Shown here: one piece after another, positions 39,186 through 54,733 of the stretch
Numbering within the stretch: position 1 is the first letter of the stretch
How the letters are laid out: each line of letters starts with the position of its first letter
Assembly: GCA_009914755.4 (NCBI GenBank)
Contig: CP068257.2
Coordinates: forward strand, 42,464,001-42,528,000
Reading direction: 5' to 3'
Source: the human T2T-CHM13v2.0 reference genome, Homo sapiens
Length of the DNA: 64,000 nucleotides
Program-made: the position numbers and the translations under genes
The notes under the pieces: model-generated
Told to the model about the DNA's origin: nothing
Seen by the model: the letters and a program-made list of their open reading frames with translations, nothing else
Database searches by the model: none

Positions 39186-39685
39186 CACCACTCCCAGCTC
39201 CCCCAGCACTCCCAGCTGCTCCACACTCAGTCCCCTGCTCCACACTCAGCCCCCAGCTCCCCCACCATTCCCAGCTGCTCCACACTCAGCCCCCAGCACC
39301 CCCACCACTCCCAGCTGCTCCACACTCAACCCCCAGCTCCCCCACCACTCCCAGCTGCTCCACACTCAACCCCCAGCTCCCCCACCACTCCCAGCTGCTC
39401 CACACTCAACCCCCAGCTCCCCCACCACTCCCAACTCCTCCACACTCAGCCCCCAGCTCCCCCACCACTCCCAGCTCCTCCACAGTCAACCCCCAGCTCC
39501 CCCACCACTCCCAGCTCCTCCACACTCAACCCCCAGCACCCCCACCACTCCCAGCTGCTCCATACTCAACCCCCAGCTCCCCCACCACTCCCAGCTCCTC
39601 CACACTCAACCCCCAGCTCCCCCACCACTCCCAGCTCCTCCACACTCAACCCCCAACCCCCCCACCACTCCCAGCTGCTTCTCCA
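39186..39685 (+). repeat. 40-bp C-rich minisatellite (CCCCAGCTCCCCCACCACTCCCAGCTGCTCCACACTCAAC, about 12 copies)
   Basis: Perfect or near-perfect 40-bp period. It generates long stop-free pseudo-ORFs (38767-39735, 39137-39802) encoding Pro/Ser/Thr-rich 40-aa periodic peptides. Confidence 0.9.
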
Positions 39686-42329
39686 TTCCCACCTGTTCTT
39701 CCTTCCTGGTGTTCTTCTCCCCAGACCTGGTCTGACTGTCCCTCCCAGTCCCTCATTACCTGGGGATGGACGTCTTCCACTCTGACCTCCAGGCTCTCTT
39801 GAAGGCTGCTCCTTCCCTTTCTCCCCCTGAGCTCCTTGCTGTCTCAGACCCCTGCCCAAGGAGGCCTGTAACTCCAGCCCTTCTCTGTGCACTACACTTG
39901 GAGTGGGGCACCGCCCACTCAGCATATCCAGACTGGGCCCCCCACGCGTACTTCTTCCTGTCTCTGTCTTGGGGGCCATCATGTGCCCAGATCCCCATGA
40001 GAAACTGGTCCCAGCCGCCTGTTTCTCCCTGCCCCTCCCTCTGCCGCCAGCTATGGGTTTTGCCTCCAAATATGTCCAAGCCACCCCCTTCCTCTCCTGT
40101 GCCTAGACCGGGTTCATGCCTACTCCCCACATCTGGTCCTGACACCTTCCATCCCTCCCTCCTGGGACGACCAGCCCCCCTCTTTGTATTACTGGCTCCC
40201 CTTGTCTCTCGGCTCTCAGCATCACTCTGCAGAGAGGACTTCCCAGCACGCCCTGGCTGAGGAGGGGTCCCTGGGCCACTCGCTGCACAGATCTCGAGGT
40301 CTGTGAGTACACATGTATCACAGCTTTGTCATCTGTCTCCCCACTGCACTGGGAGTGTCAGGAGAGAGGATGGGGGCCTCATGGGTGCCCTCCACCTTCC
40401 CCGGCCAGGCCCGGGCTCTGAGGTGGTGGGCTCTGGGCATGAGCAGGCCAGTGCGTGCTGCGAGGCCCAAGGCTCACGGACCTGACACGCCCACCTTGGT
40501 GCCCGCCCTCTCCCAGGCCCCTCCCACCTACTGCTGGCCAGCGTCTTCCTCTAGGGCTCCCTCAACATCACCTTTTCTGTTTTGTTTTAAATAGACTTTA
40601 TTTTCTAGTGCAGTCTTAGCTTCATGGCAAAATGGAGCAGAAGGTACAGAGAGTCCCACACACTCCCTGCCCCCACGCATGCACGGCCTCCCTCACCATC
40701 ACCCCCGCACACCCCCGCCCGCCAGAGCACACATTTATTAAGGCAGCCAACCCACACGGATGCGCCATCACCCCGAGTCCACGGCATCCGTTAGAGCCCA
40801 CTCTTGGTGTTAGCCATTCCGTAGATTCGGACAAATGTAGGACACGGGTCCGCCATTTACAGAGAATGCAAAATGGTTTCATTGACCTGAAAACCCTTGG
40901 CTCTGCCCGTTCCTCCCCCACCCTCCACCCCCGTAACCACTGATGGTTTTTACTGTCCCCACAGTTTTGCCTTTTCCAGAATGTCATGTGGTTGGACTCA
41001 TGCACTATGTGGCCTTTTCTGATTGACTCCTTTCGCCTGGTAATAGCATTTATATTTCCTCTGTGTGTTTTCATGGCTTGACAGCTCATTTCTTTTTAGT
41101 GCCGAATAATATTCCATTGTTTGGCTCTACCACAGTTTATCCATTTACCCTCTCTCAAGAGCATCTTAGGCTTGTCCCAGTTTGGGGCATTTATGAATAA
41201 AGCTGCTATAAACACCGGTGTGGAGGTTTTGGTGTGGACACACATTTTCACCTCTTTTGGGTAAATCCCAAAGGGGATTTACCAGGGAGTGTGATTGCCG
41301 GATCATATGGTGAGAGTTTTGCAAGAAGCTGCCAAACTGTCTTCCCAAGTGGCTGCACCATTTTGTGTTCCCACCAGCAATGAATGGGCGTTCCTGTGGC
41401 TTCACGTCCTCACCAGCATTTGGTGGTGTTCGTGTTTTGGATTTTGGCCAGCTGATAGGTGTGTAGTGGTATATTGTTTTAATTTGCTATTTCCTACTGA
41501 CATATGATGCTGAGCCCCTTTTCATGGCTTATTTACCATCTGCGTATCTTCTTTGGTGAGGTATCTGCTCAGAATTTTTGCCTATTTTTAAATTGGTTGT
41601 CCCTTTTCTTTTTGTTGAGTTGTAAGAGTTGTTTGTAAATTTTGGCTCGTAATCCTTTCATGGATATCTCATTTCTAGTTATTTTCTCCAGGTTTGGGGC
41701 TTGTTCTTCTTATTCTCTTGACAGTGCCTTCACAGAGCAGTTTTTAATCTTAATGAAATCGAGTTTCTCACTGGTTTCTTCTTGGATAGTGGTCCGCCCC
41801 CGCCTTATTAAAAAAAGAAAGAAAGAAAGAAACAGGGTCTCACTGTGTTGCCCAGGCTGGTCCCAAACTCCTGGGCTCAACTGATCCTCCTGCCTCAACC
41901 TTCCAAAGTGCTGGGATGCCAGGTGGGAGCCACTGGGCTCAGTCTTGTGTTTTTAAAACTCATCACCAAACCCTCGGTCATCTAGATTTTCTCCTGTGTT
42001 ATCTTCTAGGAGTTTGATAGTTTTGCATTTCACATTTAGGTCTGTGATCATTCTGAGTGAATTGCTGTAGGGGTGGAATGTGTGTGTTGGGATTCATTTT
42101 GGGAATGTGAACGCCCCGTTGTTTGGCTCCATTTGGTGGAGGCTGTGCCCCATTGCATTGCTTTTGCCGCTTTGTCACAGACCAGTTGACTCTCCATGCG
42201 GATTTGTTTCTGGGCTCTCTCTCCGCTTTCACTGGTCTGTTTTGCCAACACCCTGTCGTGAGTACTGTAGCTTTATAGTAAGTCCGGAGCCTGCCAAGTC
42301 TTCAGAGTTGTAATCTGCCCCTATCAGAT

Positions 42330-42960
42330 GTCCAAACCATGCCCCCAGGGCCCTGAGATCAGGTCCCCAGGAGGGCCTGGCTGGAGTACCCATAGCCCTG
42401 AGCGCCAGGAGAGCAGGGTCTGCCTGCTGTGGGAGGTCTGTCCTCGCGAGGTCGGACACCCAGCCCTGGTTGTCCTGGTCCACCTGGTATGACCCTGCCC
42501 TGTTCCTGCTTCTTCCAAGCACCCGTGACCCTGGGAAGCCTGTCACAAACACCTCCCTGGACAACCCATGCTACAGAGTGCACCACGCCAATTGCCACCA
42601 CAGCCTCAGGCAGCACTGTCACCCACAGCAGAGGCCGCCCTCACAATCTCACACTTCAGGAGCCCAGGTGGGACGCTAGCCAGGGTCCCTAGAGGTGGCT
42701 TTGCCGGCCCAGGCAGCCCCATCTCTCCGGGACCCCACTGCTCCCTGGGTCCAGCCCAGGCCCTGATTCAGCAGCAGCTCCATAAAGAAGTAAAACGAGA
42801 ATATTCACGGGGCCCACACTTAGTGGACTCCTGTCACATGGTGTCCAGCATGGCTCGTGGGTGAGGACAGCAAAACCACCAAGAAATGACCCGAGAGGCC
42901 AACAGCAGCTCCCTGGGAATGCCACACTCTCCAGGAAGACATAGCAACTCTGAAACACAC
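42330..42960 (+). repeat. Inverted-repeat copy A (about 630 bp, unclassified element, possibly a solo LTR), embedded inside the L1 block
   Basis: Reverse-complement match to 46090-46715 at roughly 90% identity. Mirrored ORF peptides appear on opposite strands (42689-42982 on the minus strand versus 46073-46414 on the plus strand; 42568-42864 on the plus strand versus 46234-46530 on the minus strand). Confidence 0.7.
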
Positions 42961-43207
42961 AACTTAGGTAGAAATCTAACAAGATATTTACAAGATCTGT
43001 GAGGAAAATTATAAAACTTTAATAAGTCAAAGAGGTAAAATGGAAAGATATTCCACACCCCTTATTATGCATAACTCCTTTTATTCCTGATAAGCTTCTT
43101 TGCTCTGAAGTGTGCTCTGAAATTAATATAGCTATTCCAGCTTTCTTGTGATTAATGTGAGTATGGTATTTCTTCCTCTGTTCATTTACTTTTAATCTAC
43201 ATGTGTC

Positions 43208-43509
43208 TATTTATTTATTTATTTATTTATTTAGAGACAGAGTCTTGCTCTGCCACCCATCTCTACAGTGATGAGATCATGGCTCACTGCAACCTCCGCC
43301 TCCCGGGTTCAAGTGATTCTCCTGCCTCAGCCACCTGAGTAGCTGGTCTACAGGCACAAGCCACCACGCCTGGCTAATTTTTGTATTTTTAGTAGAGATG
43401 GGGTTTTGCCGTGTTGGCCAGGCTGGTCACGAACTCCTGACCTCAAGTGATCCGCCCGCCTCTGCCATCCAAAGTGCTGGGGTTACAGGCGTGAGCCACT
43501 GCGCCCAGC
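43208..43509 (-). mobile_element. Alu (antisense) inserted into the L1
   Basis: (TTTA)n tail, gagacagagtcttgctctgcc ... gtgagccactgcgcccagcc. Confidence 0.85.
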
Positions 43510-43883
43510 CATTGTTTTTATTTTTAAAGTGGGTTTTGTGTAGATAACATATAGTTAGGTCTTATTTTTTGATCCGTTTTGACAATCTCTGTCTTTTAAT
43601 TGGTGCATTTATACCACTGACATTCAAAGTCACTGTTGATATAGTTGGATTAATATCTACCATGTTTGTTCCTATTTTCTATTTTTTGTTTTTGTTTTTT
43701 ATTTTTTCTGCCTTTTGTGGTTTTAATTGACCATTTTATGATTTTATTTTCTATTCTTTCTTAGACATCAATTATACTTTTTCACATTTTCAGTGGTTAC
43801 CCTAGATTTTGTGATACACATTTCCAACTATTTCAAGCCCACTTTCAAATAACACTGAACTGCTTGCTAATCGGTAGCCCAAG

Positions 43884-44188
43884 TATTTTTTGTTTTGTTG
43901 TTTTTTGAGACAGGGTCTTGCTCAGTCGCCCAGGCTGGAGTGCAGTGGTGTGATCACGGCTCACTGCATCCTGGAACTCTTGGCTCAGTCGGTCCTCCCA
44001 CCTCAGCCTCCTGAGTTGCTGGGACCACAGGCGCATGCCACAGCACCTAGCTAATTTTTGTATTTTTTATAGAGACGGGGTTTTGCCACGTTGCCCAGGC
44101 TGGCCTCAAACTCCTGGCTCAAGCAATCCACCTGCCTTGGCCTCCCAAAATGCTGGGATTATAGGCGTGAACCTCTGTGCCCCACCAA
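43884..44188 (-). mobile_element. Alu (antisense) inserted into the L1
   Basis: ttttgagacagggtcttgctcagtcgcccaggctggagtgcagtgg ... gggattataggcgtgaacctctgtgccccacc. Confidence 0.85.
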
Positions 44189-44305
44189 AAGTATCTTTTA
44201 ATAACAGTATGTTCCCAATTCTTCACTCCTGTCCCCTGTATCACTGCTATTATTAGTTTCACTTATACATAAGCATATATAATCAAGTACATTGTTATAA
44301 CTTTA

Positions 44306-44625
<320 letters not shown>

Positions 44626-45639
44626 AAGAAAAATAAAAGCTTTTATTACCTTTCTTATTCCTTCTCGATCACTCGTGCCTTTCTTTATGTAAATCCAAGT
44701 TTCTGACTTGTACATTTTTTTTCCTCTCTAAAGAACTTTTAACACCTTTTGCAAAGCAGGTCTACTAGTAACAAATTCTCAATTTTTGTCTAAGTCTATT
44801 TTTCCTTGACTTTTGAAGGATAATTTCGCTGGATACAGAATTCTAGGCTTGTGGATTTTTTCTCAACACTTTAAATATTTCAGTCCACTGTATTTTTACT
44901 TGCACAGTTTCTGTAAAGTCAAAACTAATTCTATAAGAAATGAATGTATTCTTTGTCTGTAGTTTAGGTGTTCCTCCCCACCCGCTGCTGGCTTCTTTCA
45001 AGATTGTTTCTTTAACTTTCTGCAGTTTCAATACCAAATGCCTAGGTGTAGATTGGGCATGATACCGCTTTTAGCCTGCTCTAAAACACAAGCAGGACTT
45101 GGTGCCTGGACAGGCACCCAGCAGGGGAGACAGTTCCAGGACTCACCCCAGCTGCTGCAAGCGTTTCCCTGCAGGAATGGGATGTGGCTGGGGAAGGGGT
45201 GTGGCTGTGGAAGAGGTGTGGCTGCGGAAGCCTTCCAGGCTCCTGCTGGGTCTGGAAGTGCTCCCTACCCCCGTGTCTGTGTTGCTTTCCTGGGGCCTCC
45301 AGCCGTGGTGAGAAAGGCATGGGTGGGGGCCGAGGGAGGGGCTGGCTGGCTTTAGACTGTGCTGCTGCGTAGATGGGTGCCTGGCAGCCTCCCTGGGCAC
45401 AGCCGTGGAAGAGACTGCCATCTCCGTCAGCCTCAGTCACCCCGACCCTGAGGCCCAGCGGCTGTCCTAGAGGGGAGGAACTGGAACCTGGGAAGTCGAC
45501 CAGGTGTGCACCATGGGGTCATTGGCCGGCACTAACCACCAAGTGGCTTCAGGGGTGGGGGCAGCCTGGGTAGACCAGGCCAGGAGACCGGCCCAAACCA
45601 AACGGCTGACTCACGGGATTGTGAGCAAATACAATGATG

Positions 45640-46090
45640 GTTTCAAGCCACTAACAAAATCTCTCAATTTCACTTAGCGTCATGTTCTCGGGGCCCATCT
45701 GTGTTGCAGCGTGTGTCAGAGTTTCCTTCTTATGGCTGAAAAATATTCCATCGTGTGCGTGGGCCACATTTTGTGTGTTCATTCCTCTGGCGATGGACGC
45801 TCGGGCTGCTTCCATGTTTTAGCTGGTATGAATAATGCTGGCGTGAACATGGGCGCCAGGTGTCTCTCTGAGACTCACTTTCGGTTCTGCTGGGCCCACG
45901 CCTGGAAGTGGAATTGCCGCGTCATGTGCTCGTTCTGACTTGAGGAACTAACTGCCTTCCTGCTCTCCCTGCAGCTGCGCCATCTTCCAACCCAGCAGCG
46001 CTACACAAGGCTTCCGGTTTCCCCACATCCTCGCCGACACTTGTCACTGTTTTTGTTGATAATGGATGTGAGGTGGTTGTGGGGATTTCT
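45640..46090 (-). mobile_element. Second L1 3'-region fragment (minus orientation), directly abutting inverted repeat copy B
   Basis: ...ttatggctgaaaaatattccatcgtgtg...ttagctggtatgaataatgctggcgtgaacatgggcg...ctggaagtggaattgccg... The same L1 region as 41030-41440. Confidence 0.6.
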
Positions 46091-46715
46091 TGCCAGGCCT
46101 TCCCGGGGAGCTGCTGTTGGCCTCTCGGGTCATTTCTTGGTGGTTTTGCTGTCCTCACCCACGAGCCATGCTGGACACCATGTGACACGAGTCCCCTAAG
46201 TGTGGGCCCCGTGCATATTCTCATTTTACTTCTTTATGGAGCCACTGCCGACTGCAGGGTCCGGGCTGGACCCGGGGAGCAGTGGGGTCCCGGAGAGATG
46301 GGGCTGCCTGGGCCGGCAAAGCCACCTCTAGGGAACCTGGCTAGCATCCCATCTGGGCTCCTGAAGTGTGAGATTGTGAGGGTGGCCTCTGCTGTGGGTG
46401 CCAGTGCTGCCTGAGGCTGTGGTGGGAATGGAGCAGGGCACTCTGTAGCGTGGATTGTCCAGGGAGGTGTTTGTGACAGGCTTCCCAGGGTCACGGGTGC
46501 TTGGGAGAAGCAGGAACAGGGCAGGGTCATCCTGGGTGGACCCGGACGACCAGGACTGGGTGCCTGGCCTCAAAAGGACAGACCTCCCTGAGCGGGCAGA
46601 CCCTGCTCTCGTGGAGCTCAGGACTGCCGGGGCTCCAGCCAGTCCCTTCCCCGCTCCTCCTGGGGACCTGATCTCAGGGCCCTGGGGGCGTGGTATGGAC
46701 GTCTGACGGGGCAGA
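46090..46715 (-). repeat. Inverted-repeat copy B, the partner of 42330-42960
   Basis: See copy A. For example, 42340 cccccagggccctgagatcaggtccccagg matches 46650 cctggggacctgatctcagggccctggggg. Confidence 0.7.
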
Positions 46716-47036
46716 TTCCATCTCTGGTGATGACTTGGCAGGTCCCCAGCGAGAGGAGCGCAGCACCCTGGCTGGTGCTGCGGTGGGGGCGAGGGGAAGG
46801 CGGGGCAAGGCGTTCTTCCCACGGCCAGGCCACCGAGTCGCCTGGAGGGCCTCATGAGGAATGAGTTTCACTGCCCAGACAAGCAGTGTTGGCCAGCCAG
46901 GCCTAGTTCCTGATTCCAGCTCAGCAGCTGACTCTCCTGCCATGGGACCTCAGACAAATCATGTGCCCGCGGCGGCTCCAGAGAAAGGGGCTGAGGACAC
47001 CTGCTCATGGGGCTTGCAAGGACTTGAACTGCATGC

Positions 47037-47225
47037 GTGCGCGGGTGTGCACATAGGCACGTGTGACGTGTGTATCCGTGCGTGTGCAGGTGTGCACATA
47101 GGCACGTGTGATGTGTGTATCCGTGCATGTGTGTGTGCGGGTGTGCAGCGCACCTGTGGGCAGGCAGGTGTGTGTGCACACGTCTGCACATAGTCATGTG
47201 TGATATGTGTATCTGTGCACATGTG
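47037..47225 (+). repeat. Imperfect GT/GC-rich tandem repeat of about 47 bp (gtgtgcacataggcacgtgtgacgtgtgtatccgtgcgtgtgcag), alternating purine-pyrimidine
   Basis: Two clear copies plus degenerate copies. Confidence 0.65.
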
Positions 47226-48075
47226 TAAGCCTCTGGGACCAGGTCCGGTAGGCCCCAGCCTGCAGGTGTGGCATGAATGGTAACTATTTTTACTGCCTTG
47301 CAGTGTGAGTTACCTTCTTAGAAAACCACTGCAGCCACAAGAAAAACAAACAGCAGCCAGTCATTTAGAGACACGGGCTGGGTGCTGAATGCAGCAGAGC
47401 CTTTCTATGGCGAATGCGGAGCCTGTGGCCGGCAGGAGCCGGGAGGGCATCGTCTCTAAGCCTGCAGCTGGCCGGGTGCTCCCGCTCCTGTGGTGGTGGC
47501 AGTCCAGGGCTATCAGGCGCTCTGGCTGTCCCGGCTCCCGCCTCTGCCTGGTGGGCAGAGGGGAGGATTGGCAGTTTGCTCCTGCCATGTGGCGTGTGGC
47601 TTGTGGGACGCCCACATTGCCGGTCCTCAGGCTGCGGCTGGGACACACCTTCCGAATTTTCCGAGGACCAAGTGCAGTCACACACAGGACCATGCTGTAA
47701 ACCTGCGCGGCTCCGAGCGAGTGCACGGGGCTGGCGGGCCCTCGATTCGTCAGCAGTCGGGGTCAGTGCTGGCCCAGAGCCAAGGCGGCTCGTGGGTGTC
47801 TGGGAGGTTTGGGGTTGCTCAGAGGAGCCCCCCAGGTCAGACTTGGTGCTCCAACCCCTTCTGGAATTCTTTGGTCCATCCCAGAGCTCGGCTCACATTC
47901 TTCTCCCATCTTTTAGGCCTTCTGGAACCTTCCAGGGCCCTGTTGCTCCCACTACTTCTTCTGAGGGCGTGCCTACCACGTGCTGGCTCTGTACGTATTT
48001 TACCTCATTTAGCAGTTGCTGCAGATGTGCATTGTAGCCGTATCGGAAACCCAGCGCTGCTGTGGCAAAAAATCA

Positions 48076-48397
48076 CCACACCCCAAACCAGCAGAGATTC
48101 ACCCCACACCCCCACACCAGCAGAGATTCACCCCACACCCCCAAACCAGCAGAGATTCACCCCACGCCCCCAAACCAGCAGAGATTCACCCCACGCCCCC
48201 AAACCAGCAGAGATTCACCCCACGCCCCCAAACCAGCAGAGATTCACCCCACGCCCCCAAACCAGCAGAGATTCACCCCACGCCCCCAAACCAGCAGAGA
48301 TTCACCCCACGCCCCCAAACCAGCAGAGATTCACCCCACGCCCCCAAACCAGCAGAGATTCACCCCACGCCCCCAAACCACCAGAGATTCACCCTCC
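48076..48397 (+). repeat. 29-bp minisatellite (ACCAGCAGAGATTCACCCCACGCCCCCAA, about 11 copies)
   Basis: Strict 29-bp period. It underlies the long ORFs 47490-48500, 48016-48435 and 48062-48460 (29-aa periodic peptides). Confidence 0.9.
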
Positions 48398-49977
48398 CAC
48401 AGTTATGGTGCCAGAAGTCCAAGGTCAAGGTGTGAGCAGGGCTGGCCCCCGAGGCCGTGAGTGGGGTCTGTCCCAGGCCGCTCCTGGCTTTGTGGCCTGA
48501 GGTCTTCCGTGCTTCTTGGCTGGCGGAAGCACTGCCACGGCCTCGGCCCCGTGTCATGTGGCCTGTTCTCTCTCTGTGTGTCTGGGTGGGTCAGGGCCCA
48601 CCCAGCTGACCTTGCTTTAACCTCGTTACCTCTGTGCAGACCCTGCCTCCAAATAAGGTCACACTCACAGGTCTGGGGTCAGGACCTCAACACATGGCTG
48701 TGGGGGACACAGTTCAGCCCAGGAGGGAAACTGAGGCACGAAATGGGGTGCATTTCCTGAGGCCCCATGGCTCATAAGGAGACGAGGGGCTGCGGGTTGG
48801 GGTCCCAGATGCCCTCTCAACACAGCAGCCACCATCCTGGCTAGTCCCAGGCCCTCCTGGGTCCCCCGTCTTTACTCAGGGTGGCCCTGTGTGCCTGGCC
48901 TGTCCTCAGGTCACCCTGACTCTAGTATGGGACACCCCACCTCAGAGGGCACCTCCTCGGGGTTGGGTTATGGTTTTTTTAAGTCTCTTGGAACGCCCCC
49001 CCGATGGCGTGGGCCCAGCTGTTGAGGAGGTGGGGCTGTGGTCTTGGCTGACGGTGCGGCACCCGCATACCTGACCTGGTTAGGACCTCCAATCTGGAAT
49101 TGCTACTGACTCAGTTTCCCCACATGGAAGCCACCCCTCATGCCAGCGACGGGCCTTCTTTTCTGTCCCCTGCTGTGGCCTCCCTGGCGGGTCTTCTGCA
49201 CCCTGTGTGGCCTGGGTTCTTGGCCCCAGGGGAAAAGGGGGCTCCTGCTGGGGGCAGAGAGGGAGGGGCAGGGCAGGGCCCGGAGAGAGATCTCAGGATT
49301 GTCTTCGGATGGCACGGCCTGGTCCCTCAGGTTCTGATCATTTTCTTCATTTTCACGACTCCCTGCACTTTCTGGTTTTGGGTGAGGCCAAATAGCAGAA
49401 GTATTAAAATATTCCTCCTTGGGCGTCTCATGGTGTTTCTGATCTGGGCTGAAACAGGAAGCTCTGTGAGCTGATGTGGCACCGGAAGTCTCTGGGAGCC
49501 TGGGCTGTGATCCGGCCCAGCCCACCCTGGTGGGGAACGCGTCCTGGGGACCGTGCTGGGTTTTGGGAAAACACTGGGTCACCCTCTCCCATTGAAAGAT
49601 GGCCTGGGGGAGCTGGGTCCTGTCTACGTGAGTTTGCCGGGGCCGCCTCGCACACACCGTGGCCAGGTGCTCCCACAGCAGATGTGGGTTCTCTCCAGTC
49701 CTGGGGGCGTCCCGGGTTGAGGTGCGGCGTGGCTGTTACGAAGCCTCTCCTTGCAGGCAGGCGGCACCACCTCCCTGTGTCCTTGCGTGGCCGCCCCTCC
49801 TGCGTGTCTGTGTCCTCCTCTTTTAAGGACGCCGGTAGGTCAGGTCAGAGCCCACCCTGGTAACCTTATTTCACCTTTGTCGCCTCTGTAAAGACCCTGT
49901 GTCTGAATACAGGCGGATCCTGAAGTCGGGACTTCACTCTGTGAATTTGGGGGACGCAGTGCAGCCCATAACCTTAT

Positions 49978-49982
<5 letters not shown>

Positions 49983-50032
<50 letters not shown>
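49983..50032 (+). repeat. (GT)n microsatellite, about 25 repeats
   Basis: gtgtgtgt... run. Confidence 0.9.
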
Positions 50033-50035
<3 letters not shown>

Positions 50036-50244
50036 AAATCTGTATGAGGGCTGATGGCAAAGCAGTTAGCTGTGTTGTGTAGACAACGCCGTGGCCAGAA
50101 CAGAGCTTGTTCTCGGGCAAAAGGAGAGCGAGGAAGCTGAGCAGGGATGGCGTCCCAGAGGCCTCGGAGGCCCCGACATGGTCCAGGAGGCCCCAGGAAG
50201 GCTCTTGCTGTCCCTAAGCCCAGAGGTTTTCAGGGGTCTATGTG

Positions 50245-50637
<393 letters not shown>

Positions 50638-52000
50638 TAGAATCTATACAAAACACAAGGTTTACCACTTTAGCCACTTTAAAGAGCTCACTTGGTGTCC
50701 CCAAGGGCCCGTGGTGCCACCACTGCCAGTGCACAGGCCCGGCCCCTCCCCCGCCAGGCCTGTCTCTAAGGCCTTGCCCACCCACCCCTCCCCCTACCCA
50801 GGCCTGTCTGTCTCTAAGGCCCGCTGTGGCCACACGTGGACCCCACACCCTGGAGAACCTGGGCTTGTCCTTGGAGGAAGTAATAACAAAGAGCCCACCT
50901 GGTCGTGGATCCCAGCTCTGCACCAATGGCCGTGAGACCAGGGCCCCTGCCTCAGTTTCCTCATCTGTCAGTGAGCCTGGACCAGGGTAGTGAGGTAGTG
51001 TGGGAGGCCATTGCAGTCCTGGGCACAGCCCTGGGGGCCAGGAGACGCCTCCATCAGCCGTGGGCCCAGGCGCTGCCAGCAGCAGGGCAGTCCCTGAGGG
51101 TCTCCCCCGGAGCACTCCAGACCCCCTTCCCCTCCGGATCCCCGCACGCCTCCGCTCCTCAGCAGATGACAGGCCAGCTGCTCTCCTGGGCTGGTTCTGC
51201 AGCGCCGACTGAGGTGAGGGCTCCTGTGCAGGTGACACGAAGGAGGGATGTGCAGATGAGGGGACAGGTGAGGGGCAGGGCAGGGCCTCCCTTAACCCAC
51301 CCCCTATGGCCCTGGCACAGAGGTTCCAGTACCTGCGCTCCAGGGGCAGGGCCTCCCTTAACCTGCCCCCCATGGCCCAGGCACAGAGGTTCCAGTACCT
51401 GGGCTCCAGGCAGAGTGTATCTAGCACCCCAGAGACCGAGGCGGGCTGTACCGTTGGCTGCTGGGAGCGAGAGCCCTGGCTGGGTAGGCAGGGGACGGGG
51501 AGGGGAGAGCATGAGGGGACCCTCCCAGCAGCCTCTGCATGCGGGCAGCCGGCCTGCCACCCTGGGCAAGCGGGAGGGGCTGCCTTGCCAAGGGACCCTC
51601 ACAGATGAGGTGTGAGGGACAGAGACCCCCGACGGCTGCTGGAGGCACCCACGGGGCTCCCTGGAGCCTCCCTGTGGTCCTGGGTCCCCTTACCCGATTG
51701 TTGCAGGAGGGGCCAGCACAGGGCAGGTGCCTGAAGAGCAGGTGCCGGAAGAGCTACCGCAGCCCAGGCAGCAGGGGAGGAAGTCAGTCTCCTCGGGGGG
51801 GTTTCCAGACAGGGGCCGCTTTTGTTGAGGGCACAGAATGTCTCCAAAAGGTCGGTTCGTTATCACATGAGTCACCAGAGAGAGGGGGACGGAGAGAGGA
51901 ACGCCGCAGCCTCCAGTTCCCCTTCAGCTCTGTGCCCAGGAGCAGTGGCTGGGTGAGGGTGGGAGCCAGGCTCCCCGAGAGGGCAGCAGCGGAGGCTGCA

Positions 52001-52446
52001 CCGTCCCTGTCCTGCCTCTGCCCCTGCCCTGTCCTGCCCTGAGTCCCTGCCCCCTCCTTGTCCTGCCTCGTATCCCTGCCCCCTCCCTGTCTTGCCCCGC
52101 ATCCCTGCCCTGTCCGTGTCCCTGCCCCTGTCCCTGCCCCTGCCCTGCCCCTCTCTGTCCTGCCCCACGTCCCTGCCCCTCTCCCTGCCCTGCCCCACGT
52201 CCCTGCCCCGTCCCTGTCTTGCCCCATGTCCCTGTCCCTGCCCCACGTCCCTGCCCTCATCCCTGTCCTGCCCTGCATCCCTGCCCTGCCCCTGCGCCTG
52301 TCCTGTCCCGTGTCCCGCCCCGTCCCTGCCCCTGTCCTGCCCTGCGTCCCTGCCCCATCCCTGTCCGTACCCCTGTCCTATCCCGCATCCCTGCCCCTGT
52401 CCCTGCCCCTGCCCTGCCCCTCTCTGTCCTGCCCCACGTCCCTGCA
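52001..52446 (+). repeat. Low-complexity tandem array of about 12-14-bp units (CCCTGCCCCTGTC / CCTGTCCTGCCCC variants, more than 30 copies)
   Basis: Produces Pro/Cys/Leu-rich ORFs in all plus-strand frames and Gly/Arg/Gln-rich ORFs on the minus strand (51872-52447, 52058-52561, 52092-52547, 52219-52656). Confidence 0.85.
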
Positions 52447-53260
52447 TGGGTCCTGGGCCTCAGCACCAGGTTCTGGGCCCGCTTCCTTGCAGCCCCTTCC
52501 CCAGAGCCCACCAAAGACCCGAATCCTCACACTCTCGGGACAGGTAGCTGTGGGTGGCTGAGAGGGACTGGCCCCTCCCTGGCCAAGTCCACAATGTCAG
52601 GACCCTTGCTGCCCTCCTGCTTCGGGCTCAGCCCCAATGCCCCCGATTTGAAGTGAAGCTGCCCAGTGCCCTCTCTGGGGCCCTCCCAGGAGATGCAGGC
52701 TGGAGGGGCTGCCCTGGAAAGCCCTTCCTTTCCCTAGAGAGGTCCCCGCCCTGAGAGGGAAGGGCCCGGGCGATGATTCCAGGCTGGGAGGAGGAAGGCG
52801 CGTGCCAAGCGCTCCTCGGAGTTGATGCCCCATGGCGTAATGTGCAGCTGCTGCTGGAGAAGAGATGCAGGCAGATTACTGAACCCTGAGAAATGAAAAA
52901 GCATGATCGCGGTCTTGCCAGCATAGGCGGCCGTGGTCCGTGCTTGCAAGTCTGAGGGCGGAGGAGCCCGCCGCCCGCTTCTCATGGGCCCACCCCTGTG
53001 ATCCAGCATCTGTAAAACTCCCTGGGAGGCCACAGCCTGCCCTGGCCCAGCCCCTGGGACCGCGAGGGCCGTGTGATACTTTCTCCAGTGGCATTTACAG
53101 AAAACTTCCCTCTGCCCTACCATTTTAGTTGGCTTTGGGATAGTTTGCAGTATTTCCTGATTAAAATAATGTTGAGAAGAACATTTGGGCCTCTGAGGCC
53201 TTTTCCCTAGGGTATTTTCTGAGAAATGACAGAGATTCAAGGGCTGTGAACATTTTGTAG

Positions 53261-54733
<1,473 letters not shown>

